The notes beneath the pieces were generated by a model. That model saw only the letters and a list, made by a program, of their open reading frames with translations. It was not told the DNA's origin and did no database searches. A stretch of 64,000 nt of DNA from contig CAWCEF010000006.1 of assembly GCA_963794515.1 (NCBI GenBank), positions 198,014 to 262,013 of the forward strand. Direction: 5' to 3'. The position numbers and the translations under genes were made by a program. The DNA comes from an uncultured Solirubrobacterales bacterium (GTDB lineage: Bacteria > Actinomycetota > Thermoleophilia > Solirubrobacterales > Solirubrobacteraceae). Of the stretch, positions 27,268 through 35,781 are shown one piece after another. Positions within the stretch are counted from its first letter, which is position 1. Each line of letters starts with the position of its first letter.

Positions 27268-27993
27268 ATGCGCCTACCGCGCCCCTCGGCGTCGCTCGTG
27301 GTGTCGTTCCTGGCCCTGTTCGTCGCGCTCGGCGGAGCGAGCTGGGCGGCGATTCATCTGCCGCCGCACAGCGTGGGTAACGCACAGCTCCAGAATTTCT
27401 CGGTCGGCAACGCCAAGCTGAAGCCGTTCTCGGTCGGCGCCGGCAAGATCATCCCCGGCGCGATCGGCTCCGGCCAGGTGAACTCGAGCCAGGTGCAGCT
27501 GCGCATCGCCGGTCCGTGCAACGACGGCGCGATGCAGTCGATCGCGGTGTCGGGAGACGTGACCTGCACGCAGGTCCTGCCGAACGAGTACGGGAAGACC
27601 GCGCAGTCGGTGACGCTCGGGAGCGGCTCGACGCCGGTTCTCAGCGAGTCGCCGCCGGTCGGCGTCCCCTATCTGGTGAGCGCCGATGCCGACGTCCACC
27701 TGACCGAGAACGCGTCGGGCGCGCAGTCGGTGTCCGTCGAATGCGGGCTCGGCCTCGCCGGCCCGGGGCAGGCGTTCAGCGCGGGGACGCTCGGCGACTT
27801 CACCGTCGAGCTCGACGCCACCAACTTCGGCCAGTCATCCGGGACGATTCCGCTGACGCTCGCGGTGGCGCCGTCGAGCGCTCAGCCGGCGCTCGAGGTC
27901 AGTTGCTCGGATGTGCCCGCCGGAGGCGGCACGGCCCCGACCGCCACCGTCAACGCCACGCTCAACGCGATCCAGACCGCGAGCAACAACTGA
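27268..27993 (+). CDS. Secreted decapeptide-repeat protein, QTASNN C-terminus (uncharacterised), copy B
   Basis: GGGAGG lies 7 nt upstream of the ATG at 27268 (the track start 27253 sits inside the SD). MRLPRPSASLVVSFLALFVALGGASWA|AI, with the same repeat, Cys and C-terminal pattern as copy A. Confidence 0.75.
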   Translation: MRLPRPSASLVVSFLALFVALGGASWAAIHLPPHSVGNAQLQNFSVGNAKLKPFSVGAGKIIPGAIGSGQVNSSQVQLRIAGPCNDGAMQSIAVSGDVTCTQVLPNEYGKTAQSVTLGSGSTPVLSESPPVGVPYLVSADADVHLTENASGAQSVSVECGLGLAGPGQAFSAGTLGDFTVELDATNFGQSSGTIPLTLAVAPSSAQPALEVSCSDVPAGGGTAPTATVNATLNAIQTASNN

Positions 27994-27999
27994 CGAGGC

Positions 28000-28503
28000 T
28001 CAGCGATCTTCTGAGGACTCGTGCACGACGATCACCGGGCACGACGCGTGCTTGAGGAGAGCTGTGGTCGTGCTGCCCTCGAGCCTCGCTCGGAGGCCAC
28101 TCAGACCACGCGACCCGACGACGATCGCGTCCGCGTGGTTGTCCTCGGCCACGCGCAAGATGGTGTCCGGCACTTTCCGCTCGTCGGGTACCGCGAGCGG
28201 TTTCGCATCGAGCCCGAGCGACTGCGCGAGCGCCGCGCCCTCGCCCGCGACCTGCTCGGCCTGCGAGTGGACGCCATCGTCGATGTCGCGCGCAACCTCC
28301 GGGTCGACCATCGGCGTGGGGAGCAGCCCGTCGGCGCGCATCCCCGGGATCGCGTAGGCAAGCCCCGGCTCCCAGACGGTGACCACGAGCGCCGAGCGCC
28401 CTCCTAGCAACCGGGCAGCGTCGGTGACCGCCTGGCGCGAGGCCGGGGATCCATCGAAAGCGATCACGATCGGTCCGTCGGCTGCGCCCACGCGAGGGAG
28501 CAT
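28000..28503 (-). CDS. Universal stress protein (UspA family)
   Basis: MLPRVGAADGPIVIAFDGSPAS...DAIVVGSRGLSGLRARLEGSTTTALLKHASCPVIVV. The track ORF is an upstream extension. Confidence 0.8.
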   Translation of the reverse strand: MLPRVGAADGPIVIAFDGSPASRQAVTDAARLLGGRSALVVTVWEPGLAYAIPGMRADGLLPTPMVDPEVARDIDDGVHSQAEQVAGEGAALAQSLGLDAKPLAVPDERKVPDTILRVAEDNHADAIVVGSRGLSGLRARLEGSTTTALLKHASCPVIVVHESSEDR

Positions 28504-28568
28504 AACCCGAACCGTGCGGGCCTCTAGGACCGGTGGGGAAGTTACGCACCCGCCCACGAACCGGCAAC

Positions 28569-29060
28569 ATGCCGCGGATGGAACCTTCCCGCCCCCCGGG
28601 GTGGCTGCCAAAGGACGAGTTCGATTCGATCTTCGGCCGCGTGCCACGTCTCTGCGTCGAGGTCGTGATCGTGGCGCCGAAGCTCGGCGTGCTGCTGGCG
28701 CGACGTGACATTCCACCGAACGTCGGCGCGTGGCACATTCCCGGCGGCACCGTGCTGTTCGGCGAGCCGCTCGTCCAGACCGTCAAGCGAGTCGCGCGGG
28801 ACGAGCTCGCGCTCGAGGTCACCGTGGGGGAGCTGCTCGGATACATCGAGTACCCGAGCCACTACAACAACGGGCTCGACTCGCCGGTCGGGCTCGCCTT
28901 CGCGGCGCAGACGACGCGTTCGGAAGCGGCGGCGCAGGACCTGCCGAATGGTTGTCGATGGTTCAGCAGCCTGCCTGAAGGCCTCTATGAGGAACAGCGT
29001 GACTTCCTGATCCAGCGCCTCGGCTTCGCGTCGTCAGGACAGGCGCCCCCGGATCAGTAG
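28569..29060 (+). CDS. NUDIX-family hydrolase with a divergent Nudix box
   Basis: GTVLFGEPLVQTVKRVARDELAL approximates GX5EX7REUXEEXGU with substitutions. The start (28569 or 28578) is uncertain. Confidence 0.75.
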   Translation: MPRMEPSRPPGWLPKDEFDSIFGRVPRLCVEVVIVAPKLGVLLARRDIPPNVGAWHIPGGTVLFGEPLVQTVKRVARDELALEVTVGELLGYIEYPSHYNNGLDSPVGLAFAAQTTRSEAAAQDLPNGCRWFSSLPEGLYEEQRDFLIQRLGFASSGQAPPDQ

Positions 29061-29113
29061 ACCGGGGCGAACCTGCGGCGAAGCGTTCCCGCTCTACCTA
29101 CTAGGCTGCGGGC

Positions 29114-29569
29114 ATGTCAAATGCCAACATGAACACAAGCCACGGCACGATCTCGTTCGAACTGTTCGACGACGACGCGCCCGAGACCGTCGGCAACTTC
29201 CGCAAGCTCGCCGGCGACAAGTTCTACGACGGGGTCATCTTCCATCGGATCATCACCGGGTTCATGATCCAGGGGGGCGACCCCGACGGGACCGGCACGG
29301 GTGGCCCGGGGTACACGTTCAAGGACGAGTTCAACGACCACAAGGTGGTCCGGGGCGCGCTCGCGATGGCGAACGCCGGCCCCAATACGAACGGGTCCCA
29401 GTTCTTCATCGTCACCGCCGACAGCGCGCCGTGGCTCGACGGCAAGCACACGGTGTTCGGTCAGGTCACCGACGGGATGGACACGGTTGACGCGATCGAA
29501 GGCGTGCGCACCGGCGCCGGCGACCGTCCGGTCGACCCGCCGGTGATCAACTCGATCGATCTCGACTAG
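29114..29569 (+). CDS. Peptidyl-prolyl cis-trans isomerase, cyclophilin type
   Basis: [15 protein letters not shown]...[19 protein letters not shown]...[11 protein letters not shown]. Confidence 0.92.
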   Translation: MSNANMNTSHGTISFELFDDDAPETVGNFRKLAGDKFYDGVIFHRIITGFMIQGGDPDGTGTGGPGYTFKDEFNDHKVVRGALAMANAGPNTNGSQFFIVTADSAPWLDGKHTVFGQVTDGMDTVDAIEGVRTGAGDRPVDPPVINSIDLD

Positions 29570-31429
29570 CCCGCGTAGTTGTTGAACACCCCGGTGCTGA
29601 ACACCGGGAGACCGGGCGTGCCGGCATACCCGAGCCGGTGCAGGCCGAACATGTTCTCGAGCGTCGCCAGCAGCGAGAAGTGGTTGAAGTAGTCGATGAC
29701 GTCGCTGCTGTTGGCCTTGACGTAGGGTGAGATCAGCAGCAGGCCGACCTGTCCGCCGCCTCCGGTCGGGGTCGTCTGGCCGCTGCCGAGCGACACCGGC
29801 GCGGTGGTGGTCGTCGTCGCGGGCGTACTCGTCGTGTCGGTGGTGGTGGTCGTCGCCGGCAAGGTCGGGGTGGTGTCGGTCGTCGTCGTGTCGGTGGTCG
29901 TCGTGTCGGTGGTCGTCGTCGGAGGTCGAGGTGGTGTCGGTCGTGGTCGTGTCGGTGGTCGTCGTTCCCGGCGTGGTCGTTCCGGGCGTCGTCGTACCCA
30001 TCGCTCCCGGCGGCGCGACCGGCGTCCCGGCCGGGAGCCCGCGGAGATTCGGATAGGACGCGGGGCTCGCGCAGCAGGCGCTCGGGTCGGTGTACTGCCC
30101 GGTCTGCGGGGCCTGATCGAACGTGATCGCGATCAACCCGCCGTCCTTGTAGGCCGGCGAGCGCTTGATCTCGGGCACGACCGACTTCAGGAAGCGGTTG
30201 GCGGCGGCGAGCCCGGTCGCGGCGTCCGCGCGACATGGCGCTTCGCTGCCGTCGTTGCACGCCGCGGGGATGATGTACGAGAGCGTCGGGGTTGTGCTTG
30301 CGCTCTTCAGATCCTTGGCAAGCCGGCCGATCCCGACCTCGTTGTTGTGGCACGCGGCGCCGCTCGTCATCGATCGGAAGTACACGAACGGGTTGCGCCA
30401 GGCCGGGGAAGCATTCTTGGCCCCCGCCGTCTGCGGCACCTTGCTGCCGATTTTCGGAACGCGGCAGGCGGATTTCGCGGTCGAGGGCACGCCCTGCACG
30501 TAAGCCTTCCATGTATCGCCGGCGGTCGAAAGCTGGCCCGCGAGCGTCTTGGTGGCGGCCGGATACTCGCAGCCGTTGCCGATCACCTGCCCGCGCGCCC
30601 CCTTGGTGGCGGGCTTGATCGGAGCGAACACCGGACAATCGCCGGCGGTCTGCACGGTCGGCCCCTGCCCGCTGACCAGCCCGATCTCGTTCGCGAGCGG
30701 CGCGCCTGCGACCGCGTAGTAGTTCTGGACGAGCTCGCCCTCGTGACGGAGCGCGCCGCTCAGATACCCGCTCGAGGTCCCGAACGACTGCGTGTAGCCA
30801 CGGTCCGAGAGGACGATCAGGAACGCGTGCTTGACCGGCGGAAGCCCGTTCAGACCTGCCGAGGTGGTGTCGGTGCCCGTCGTCGACGTCGGCGAGGTGC
30901 TCGGCGACGCGGACGCCTGATCGTCCTGCACGGCGGGGGCAGCGCTGCCGCCGCCCGCCGCGCCGGCGCCGCCACCACCACCGCCGCTGCCCGATCCGCC
31001 GCTCTGCGAAGCGATCACGGTGTGAACCGCCGGCGTGGTCGAGGGGTGGAGTCCGACCACGATCAGCGGCGCGCTCGCGAGCGTCTCGACGCTGGTCCCG
31101 CCGACAAGCGATCCGACAATCACGCCGAACGCGAGCATCCCCATCACGGCCACCGCGCCGGCGGCTGGCGAGGGCATCACGAATCCACCGGTCCGCGGCC
31201 CGCGATCCGGCTCTGCGAGCGAGTCGGCGAGCGGGGTGCCCGGAGGGAGATCCGGCGCGGGTCCCTGCTCGTGGATCGCGCCGATCAACCCCGCGATCTG
31301 CGCGGGCAGCGGGCCGCGGCGAACCCCGCACTCCACGCAGTAGCGCTGGTCGTGGGCCAGTGGCGCATCGCACTCGGCACATCGCAGCATGCTGCGCGGC
31401 TCGGTGGCCGTGGGTTCCGTAGTGCTCAT
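29566..31429 (-). pseudogene. Zinc-ribbon/TM-anchored phosphoesterase-family (PLC/acid-phosphatase-like) protein; frame broken by one extra nucleotide near 29921 inside a Thr-repeat linker
   Basis: Frame A covers the N-terminus to ...TTTTDTTTTDTTSTS and then becomes D/H/R-rich nonsense. Frame B continues TTTTDTTTT...GGGGQVGLLLISPYVKANSSDVIDYFNHFSLLATLENMFGLHRLGYAG* (a family-typical C-terminus). The span is 1864 nt, which is 3n+1. Confidence 0.7.
29803..29998. repeat. Coding low-complexity tandem repeats (about 15-nt ACC/ACG/GAC units encoding TTDTT / TTPGT)
   Basis: On the plus strand these appear as repeated gtcgtcgtgtcggtg-like units. They lie inside the phosphoesterase linker and contain the frame break. 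Confidence 0.6.
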
Positions 31430-31701
31430 CGCCGGTCCGCCAGTGTGGTCGCCCTAACCCGGCCAGATGTGAACATCTTGAGATAGGGCAGACGGTCCCG
31501 TCCGACGGCCAGTCAGCTGTCTCGGTTACGACTCGTTCACAAATGTCGCAGAGCCGCGACTGATACTACGCAGCGGGGGAGCGCTGGGGGCGCCCGCGAC
31601 CACCCGACAACATCACACACGGGAGACAACCACTGGCGGTTCAGCCAGACCACAGCGACGGCGAGAGCAGGGGACGGGCGGGAGACGATTCGACCCGCGA
31701 G

Positions 31702-32310
31702 CTGCCGGCTGTCCCTGCGGCCCAGTCCGAGGACCGGTGCGGTGCATGCGGGGCTCCGCTCGCACACGATCAGCGCTACTGCGTCGAGTGCGGCGAGCGC
31801 CGGGGTCAGTCGGGATTGCCCGTTGCCGCCGCGCCCACGACCGAGGTGCGGTCGCGCCGGGTCCGCTCCGCCGGAGCGCCGCGCACGCCGCGCACCTCGG
31901 CCGGCACCACGCTGGTCGCCGGGATCGGGGTGCTGCTGCTGGCGGTTGGACTCGGCTTCCTGATCGGGAACAACGGCAACAACACCACGACCACGAAGGC
32001 TCAGAGCCCGGCCGCCCAGGTCATCACCGTGCAGGAGGGCAGCGGAGGCCAAACCAATGCAGCCGCCGCGACCACTACCAGCAAGGCTTCCAACACCGCC
32101 CCGAAGGGCCTGAGCGGCAAGCTCAAGAAGGCCGCGACCCAGAGCGCCCCGCCGTCCGCCGCGGTGCAGAAGAAGGCGAACGCCGCCGCGAGCAAGGTCC
32201 TCGGGAACTCCAAGAACCTGGCACCGCCCACCGTCACCACCGGCGGATCCTGCAGCGGCGGCGCCGGCTGCCAGAGCGGCAAGTTCACCGGCAACTTCTT
32301 CGGGAACTGA
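31702..32310 (+). CDS. Zinc-ribbon/single-TM protein with an Ala/Lys/Thr-rich region and a Cys-containing tail; the start codon is unresolved
   Basis: The frame is open from 31564. It encodes RCGACGAPLAHDQRYCVECGERRG at 31735-31806, but the first ATG/GTG/TTG in frame is the TTG at 31816. The only in-frame candidates upstream are CTG at 31702 and 31633. Confidence 0.5.
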   Translation: MPAVPAAQSEDRCGACGAPLAHDQRYCVECGERRGQSGLPVAAAPTTEVRSRRVRSAGAPRTPRTSAGTTLVAGIGVLLLAVGLGFLIGNNGNNTTTTKAQSPAAQVITVQEGSGGQTNAAAATTTSKASNTAPKGLSGKLKKAATQSAPPSAAVQKKANAAASKVLGNSKNLAPPTVTTGGSCSGGAGCQSGKFTGNFFGN

Positions 32311-32312
32311 TC

Positions 32313-32741
32313 ATGCGACTCCCCAAGCCCGGCGGCAAATCCTCCAAGTCCGCGACCGCACCGCCTTCCGGCGCAACCCCGTCCGCGGCGCCTGGAACGT
32401 CAGGCGCGCCCCCGACCGAGAGTCAGGTCATCGACCTCGAGCGCCGGCGCGACGTGCTCAAGGCGCGCGTCGCCGAGTTGCAGTGGGACCTCGGCGGGCT
32501 CGCGTACGAGATGGCGATCCGCGACCGGATCCGCGTCGACGTGCTGATCCAGCGTGCGGCGCTGCTCCAGGACGCGGACTCCGAGCTCGGTGAGATCGAA
32601 CGGATCCTGCGACTCGAGCACAGCGCCACCGCGGGCGCGTGCCCGTCGTGCGGGGCGCCGCACAGCACCGGCGCGTCGTTCTGCTGGCAGTGCGGCCAGC
32701 CGATCCTGCAGCAGGTTCCGCACGACTCGATCTTCCGCTGA
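32313..32741 (+). CDS. Coiled-coil protein with a C-terminal zinc ribbon
   Basis: MRLPKPGGKSSKSATAPP... (disordered), then the helical ERRRDVLKARVAELQWDLGGLAYEMAIRDRI..., then CPSCGAPHSTGASFCWQCG. The ATG lies 2 nt after the preceding stop. Confidence 0.65.
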   Translation: MRLPKPGGKSSKSATAPPSGATPSAAPGTSGAPPTESQVIDLERRRDVLKARVAELQWDLGGLAYEMAIRDRIRVDVLIQRAALLQDADSELGEIERILRLEHSATAGACPSCGAPHSTGASFCWQCGQPILQQVPHDSIFR

Positions 32742-32778
32742 GGCGACGCTCCGGCTGGCGACCGGGCGCCGTCGCTCG

Positions 32779-33684
32779 TCAGCCGAACTTGCCCGCGACG
32801 TAGTCGCGCGTGCGCGGGTCTGCGGCGCTCCGGAAGATCGTCGCGGTGTCGCCGTATTCGATCAGCGTCCCGACTCGCGCGGGGCCGGTCGTGTCGAGGC
32901 TGAAGAACGCCGTTCGGTCTGCCACGCGGGCCGCCTGCTGCATGTTGTGCGTGACGATCACGATCGTGAAGCGATGCTTGAGGTTGTGCATCAGATCCTC
33001 GATCGAGGCGGTCGCGACCGGATCGAGCGCTGAGGCGGGCTCGTCTAACAGCAACACGTCGGGCTCGATCGCGATCGCGCGGGCGATGCACAACCGCTGC
33101 TGCTGGCCGCCCGAAAGGCCGAGCGCGCCGGCGCGCAGGCGATCCTTGACCTCGTCCCACAACGCCGCCTGGCGCAGCGCCTGCTCGACGCGATCGTCGA
33201 GCCGCGCCTTCATCCCCAGGTTACGGGCGGCCCAGGCGACGTTGTCGTAGATCGACTTCGGGAAGGGGTTGGGCTTCTGGAACACCATCCCGATCCGGCG
33301 GCGCACCTCGACGCGGTTGGCATTGCTCCCGTAGAGGTCGTGACCGTGGTAGAGGACCTGGCCGTCGATGCGGAACCCGGGGATCGAATCGTTCATCCGG
33401 TTGAGACTGCGGATGAACGTCGACTTGCCGCACCCGGATGGGCCGATCACCGCGGTCACCTGGTTGCGGTAGATCTTCAGCGAGGCGCCGGCCAGCGCAG
33501 GGTTGCTGCCGTAGTACACCGACATGTCGCGGATGTCGAACACGACCGCGTGCTCGCCGGGCGTCCCGCCGTTGGCGACCTCGGGCGTGATTACCGGCAG
33601 CACCGGTTCGGTCCGGATCCGGATGCGCCGCCGAGCCTCCTCGGCGCGACGTATCTGGCTGGCGGTCCGGTCGGGGTCGGTCAT
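32779..33684 (-). CDS. pstB: Phosphate ABC transporter ATP-binding protein
   Basis: Walker [10 protein letters not shown], signature LSGGQQQRL, Walker [12 protein letters not shown], and the PstB-typical [21 protein letters not shown] overlap with pstA. Confidence 0.92.
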   Translation of the reverse strand: MTDPDRTASQIRRAEEARRRIRIRTEPVLPVITPEVANGGTPGEHAVVFDIRDMSVYYGSNPALAGASLKIYRNQVTAVIGPSGCGKSTFIRSLNRMNDSIPGFRIDGQVLYHGHDLYGSNANRVEVRRRIGMVFQKPNPFPKSIYDNVAWAARNLGMKARLDDRVEQALRQAALWDEVKDRLRAGALGLSGGQQQRLCIARAIAIEPDVLLLDEPASALDPVATASIEDLMHNLKHRFTIVIVTHNMQQAARVADRTAFFSLDTTGPARVGTLIEYGDTATIFRSAADPRTRDYVAGKFG

Positions 33685-34604
33685 CGCGAGATCTTCGCAC
33701 GGCTGCGGGCCAGCAGCAGGCGGGCTCCGACGTTCGCGATGAGAATCAACACCATCAGCACGAATGCGGCGCCCCAGGCGCGGGTGACAGCCTCGGTTAG
33801 CGGCAAGTCGAACGACGTGTAGATGAACATCGAGACGCTCGGCACGCCGTGGAACAGGTTCAGGGATGTCTGGTCCGGGTTGTACAGCGAGTTGCAGATC
33901 AACAGCGGGGCGGTCTCGCCTGCCGCCCGGGCGGTGGCGAGGATCGCGCCGGTGAGGATCCCGCCGACCGCCGCGGGGAGGATCACGCTGACGACTGTGC
34001 GCCAGCGGCTCACGCCGAGCGCGTCTGCGGCCTCGCGCATGTTGTTCGGAACCAGCAGCAGGACCTCCTGGCTCGAGCGGGCCATCAGGGGCAGCATCAC
34101 GATCGCGAGCGCGATCCCGCCGGCGAACCCGGACTGCTTGTGCTGAGGGATCACGATCAAGCCGTACACGAACAGGCCGACCACGATGGTCGGGAGGCCG
34201 GCCATGACGTCGAGCGCGGTCTTGAGGATTGGCGCTGTGCGCGACCGGGGGCCGGCGAATTCGGTCAGGTACAGCCCGGTCATGACTCCGAGCGGGAGCG
34301 CGATCAGCGCGCCAAAGGCGACGATCTCGAGCGTCCCGAGCAGCGCGTTGAAGATCCCGCCACTCGCCAGGCCCTGCGGATTGCTGACGACAAAGCTCAG
34401 GCTGAGCGCGGACACGCCGCGGGTGGCGACTCCCCAGCACACGATCACGAGCACGACGATCGCGAACACCGCCGCCGCGGTGGCGGCGATCTGCACCGTC
34501 CGACTGACCGCGGCGCGCCGGCGGAGGTTGCCCGACGGCGTCAGCGGCGCCATCGGGTCGAAGGGCATGCCCTGGTATGGCGCAGTCTCGGGCAGGGCGC
34601 TCAT
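33681..34604 (-). CDS. pstA: Phosphate ABC transporter permease PstA
   Basis: EAA-type loop [23 protein letters not shown] and six TM segments. ATGA overlap with pstC. Confidence 0.9.
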   Translation of the reverse strand: MSALPETAPYQGMPFDPMAPLTPSGNLRRRAAVSRTVQIAATAAAVFAIVVLVIVCWGVATRGVSALSLSFVVSNPQGLASGGIFNALLGTLEIVAFGALIALPLGVMTGLYLTEFAGPRSRTAPILKTALDVMAGLPTIVVGLFVYGLIVIPQHKQSGFAGGIALAIVMLPLMARSSQEVLLLVPNNMREAADALGVSRWRTVVSVILPAAVGGILTGAILATARAAGETAPLLICNSLYNPDQTSLNLFHGVPSVSMFIYTSFDLPLTEAVTRAWGAAFVLMVLILIANVGARLLLARSRAKISR

Positions 34605-35596
34605 ATGACCCTCTGGCTGACGTCGAACCGCCCGGCGATGGCGCGCGCGGCGAGGCTCGTCAGCATCCCGATGATCACCAGGAGCAAGCCGGCGTAGAAC
34701 ATCGCCGCCAGGTGCAGCGGGTTTACCGGAGCTGTGAACTGGTTGGCGATCAGAGAGGCGAGAGTCGAGGCAGGCGCGAACAGCGACACCTGAGTTCTGG
34801 TCACGCTGCCGATCACGAACGACACGGCGATCGCCTCGCCGAGCGCGCGGCCGAGCCCCAGCACCACGGCCGCGCTGATGCCGGACACGGTGCTCGGCAG
34901 GACGATCCCGCGGATGATCTCCCACTGCGTCGCCCCGAGCGCAGCCGCGCCGTCTTTGAGCTCCGACGGCACGGTCAGGAACAGGTCGCGGGTGAGCGCC
35001 GAGATGATCGGGAGGATCATCACGGTCAGCACCAGCCCCGCGGCGAACATGCTGATTCCGATCGGCGAGGCCGGTCCGAACAACGGGATGAAGCCGAGCG
35101 CGCTGTGCAGCCCCGGCTCGAGCTTGTCGACGAACGGGACCAGCACGACCAGGCCCCAGAATCCGTAGATGATGCTGGGCACCGCCGCGAGCATCTCCAC
35201 GAGCGGCCCGACGACCGCGCGTACCCTGGCCGGCGCCATCAAGCTGAGGAACAGCCCGATCGCGATTCCGAGCGGCGCGGCCAGCACGATCGCCATCAGC
35301 GAGCTCACTGCCGTCCCGTAGATGAGCGCTCCGGCGCCTTCGACGTGGAATCCGGGCTTCCAGTCCGTGTGCCCGACGAACCCCAGGCCGAATGCTGAGA
35401 TCGCGGGGCGTGCGTTCACCACCAGCTGATAGACGACGTCGAGGAGCGTCACCACGACGAGCACGCCGGCGAGCGCGCATAGTCCGAACAGCACGCGGTC
35501 GCCGAGCCGTCCAGCCGGCCGCGGGCGCGTTCCTGAGCGTGCGCGGCCACCCCGCCGCACCGAGGTGAACCGTTCCCTCGTGGACACGGCGCGCAA
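34601..35596 (-). CDS. pstC: Phosphate ABC transporter permease PstC
   Basis: [22 protein letters not shown] loop and six TM segments. TTG start at 35596; nearby GTG alternatives exist. Confidence 0.9.
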   Translation of the reverse strand: MRAVSTRERFTSVRRGGRARSGTRPRPAGRLGDRVLFGLCALAGVLVVVTLLDVVYQLVVNARPAISAFGLGFVGHTDWKPGFHVEGAGALIYGTAVSSLMAIVLAAPLGIAIGLFLSLMAPARVRAVVGPLVEMLAAVPSIIYGFWGLVVLVPFVDKLEPGLHSALGFIPLFGPASPIGISMFAAGLVLTVMILPIISALTRDLFLTVPSELKDGAAALGATQWEIIRGIVLPSTVSGISAAVVLGLGRALGEAIAVSFVIGSVTRTQVSLFAPASTLASLIANQFTAPVNPLHLAAMFYAGLLLVIIGMLTSLAARAIAGRFDVSQRVI

Positions 35597-35640
35597 GCGT
35601 ACGGAAAAGCGCGAGAGGTAACCCGCCGGCCGCGCAAGCG

Positions 35641-35684
35641 CTCACAAGTTTTCAACAACGTGGTTACAACGTGGCCACAAGTGG
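35641..35684. promoter_or_regulatory. Four direct repeats at exact 11-bp spacing (CTCACAAGTTT / TCAACAACGTG / GTTACAACGTG / GCCACAAGTGG); putative PHO box for a PhoP/PhoB-type regulator
   Basis: ACAA cores start at 35644, 35655, 35666 and 35677. The repeats lie in the divergent pstC/pstS intergenic region. The leading hexamers approximate TT(A/T/C)ACA. Confidence 0.45.
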
Positions 35685-35781
35685 CGAAATCGCCACAGAG
35701 ATGCTTAGCCATCTCGCGAGGGGCGGCCGGGCCACGTCGAGAGCTGTATCGGGAATTTCCCCAATAGGAAGGAAGACTGCT

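Noticed and set aside
29117-29565. C-terminal ~150 residues of the 770-aa track ORF overlapping the cyclophilin gene
   Set aside because: This is out-of-frame read-through after the frame break near 29921. The real C-terminus of the phosphoesterase is in the other frame and stops at 29566. The cyclophilin on the plus strand is unambiguous.
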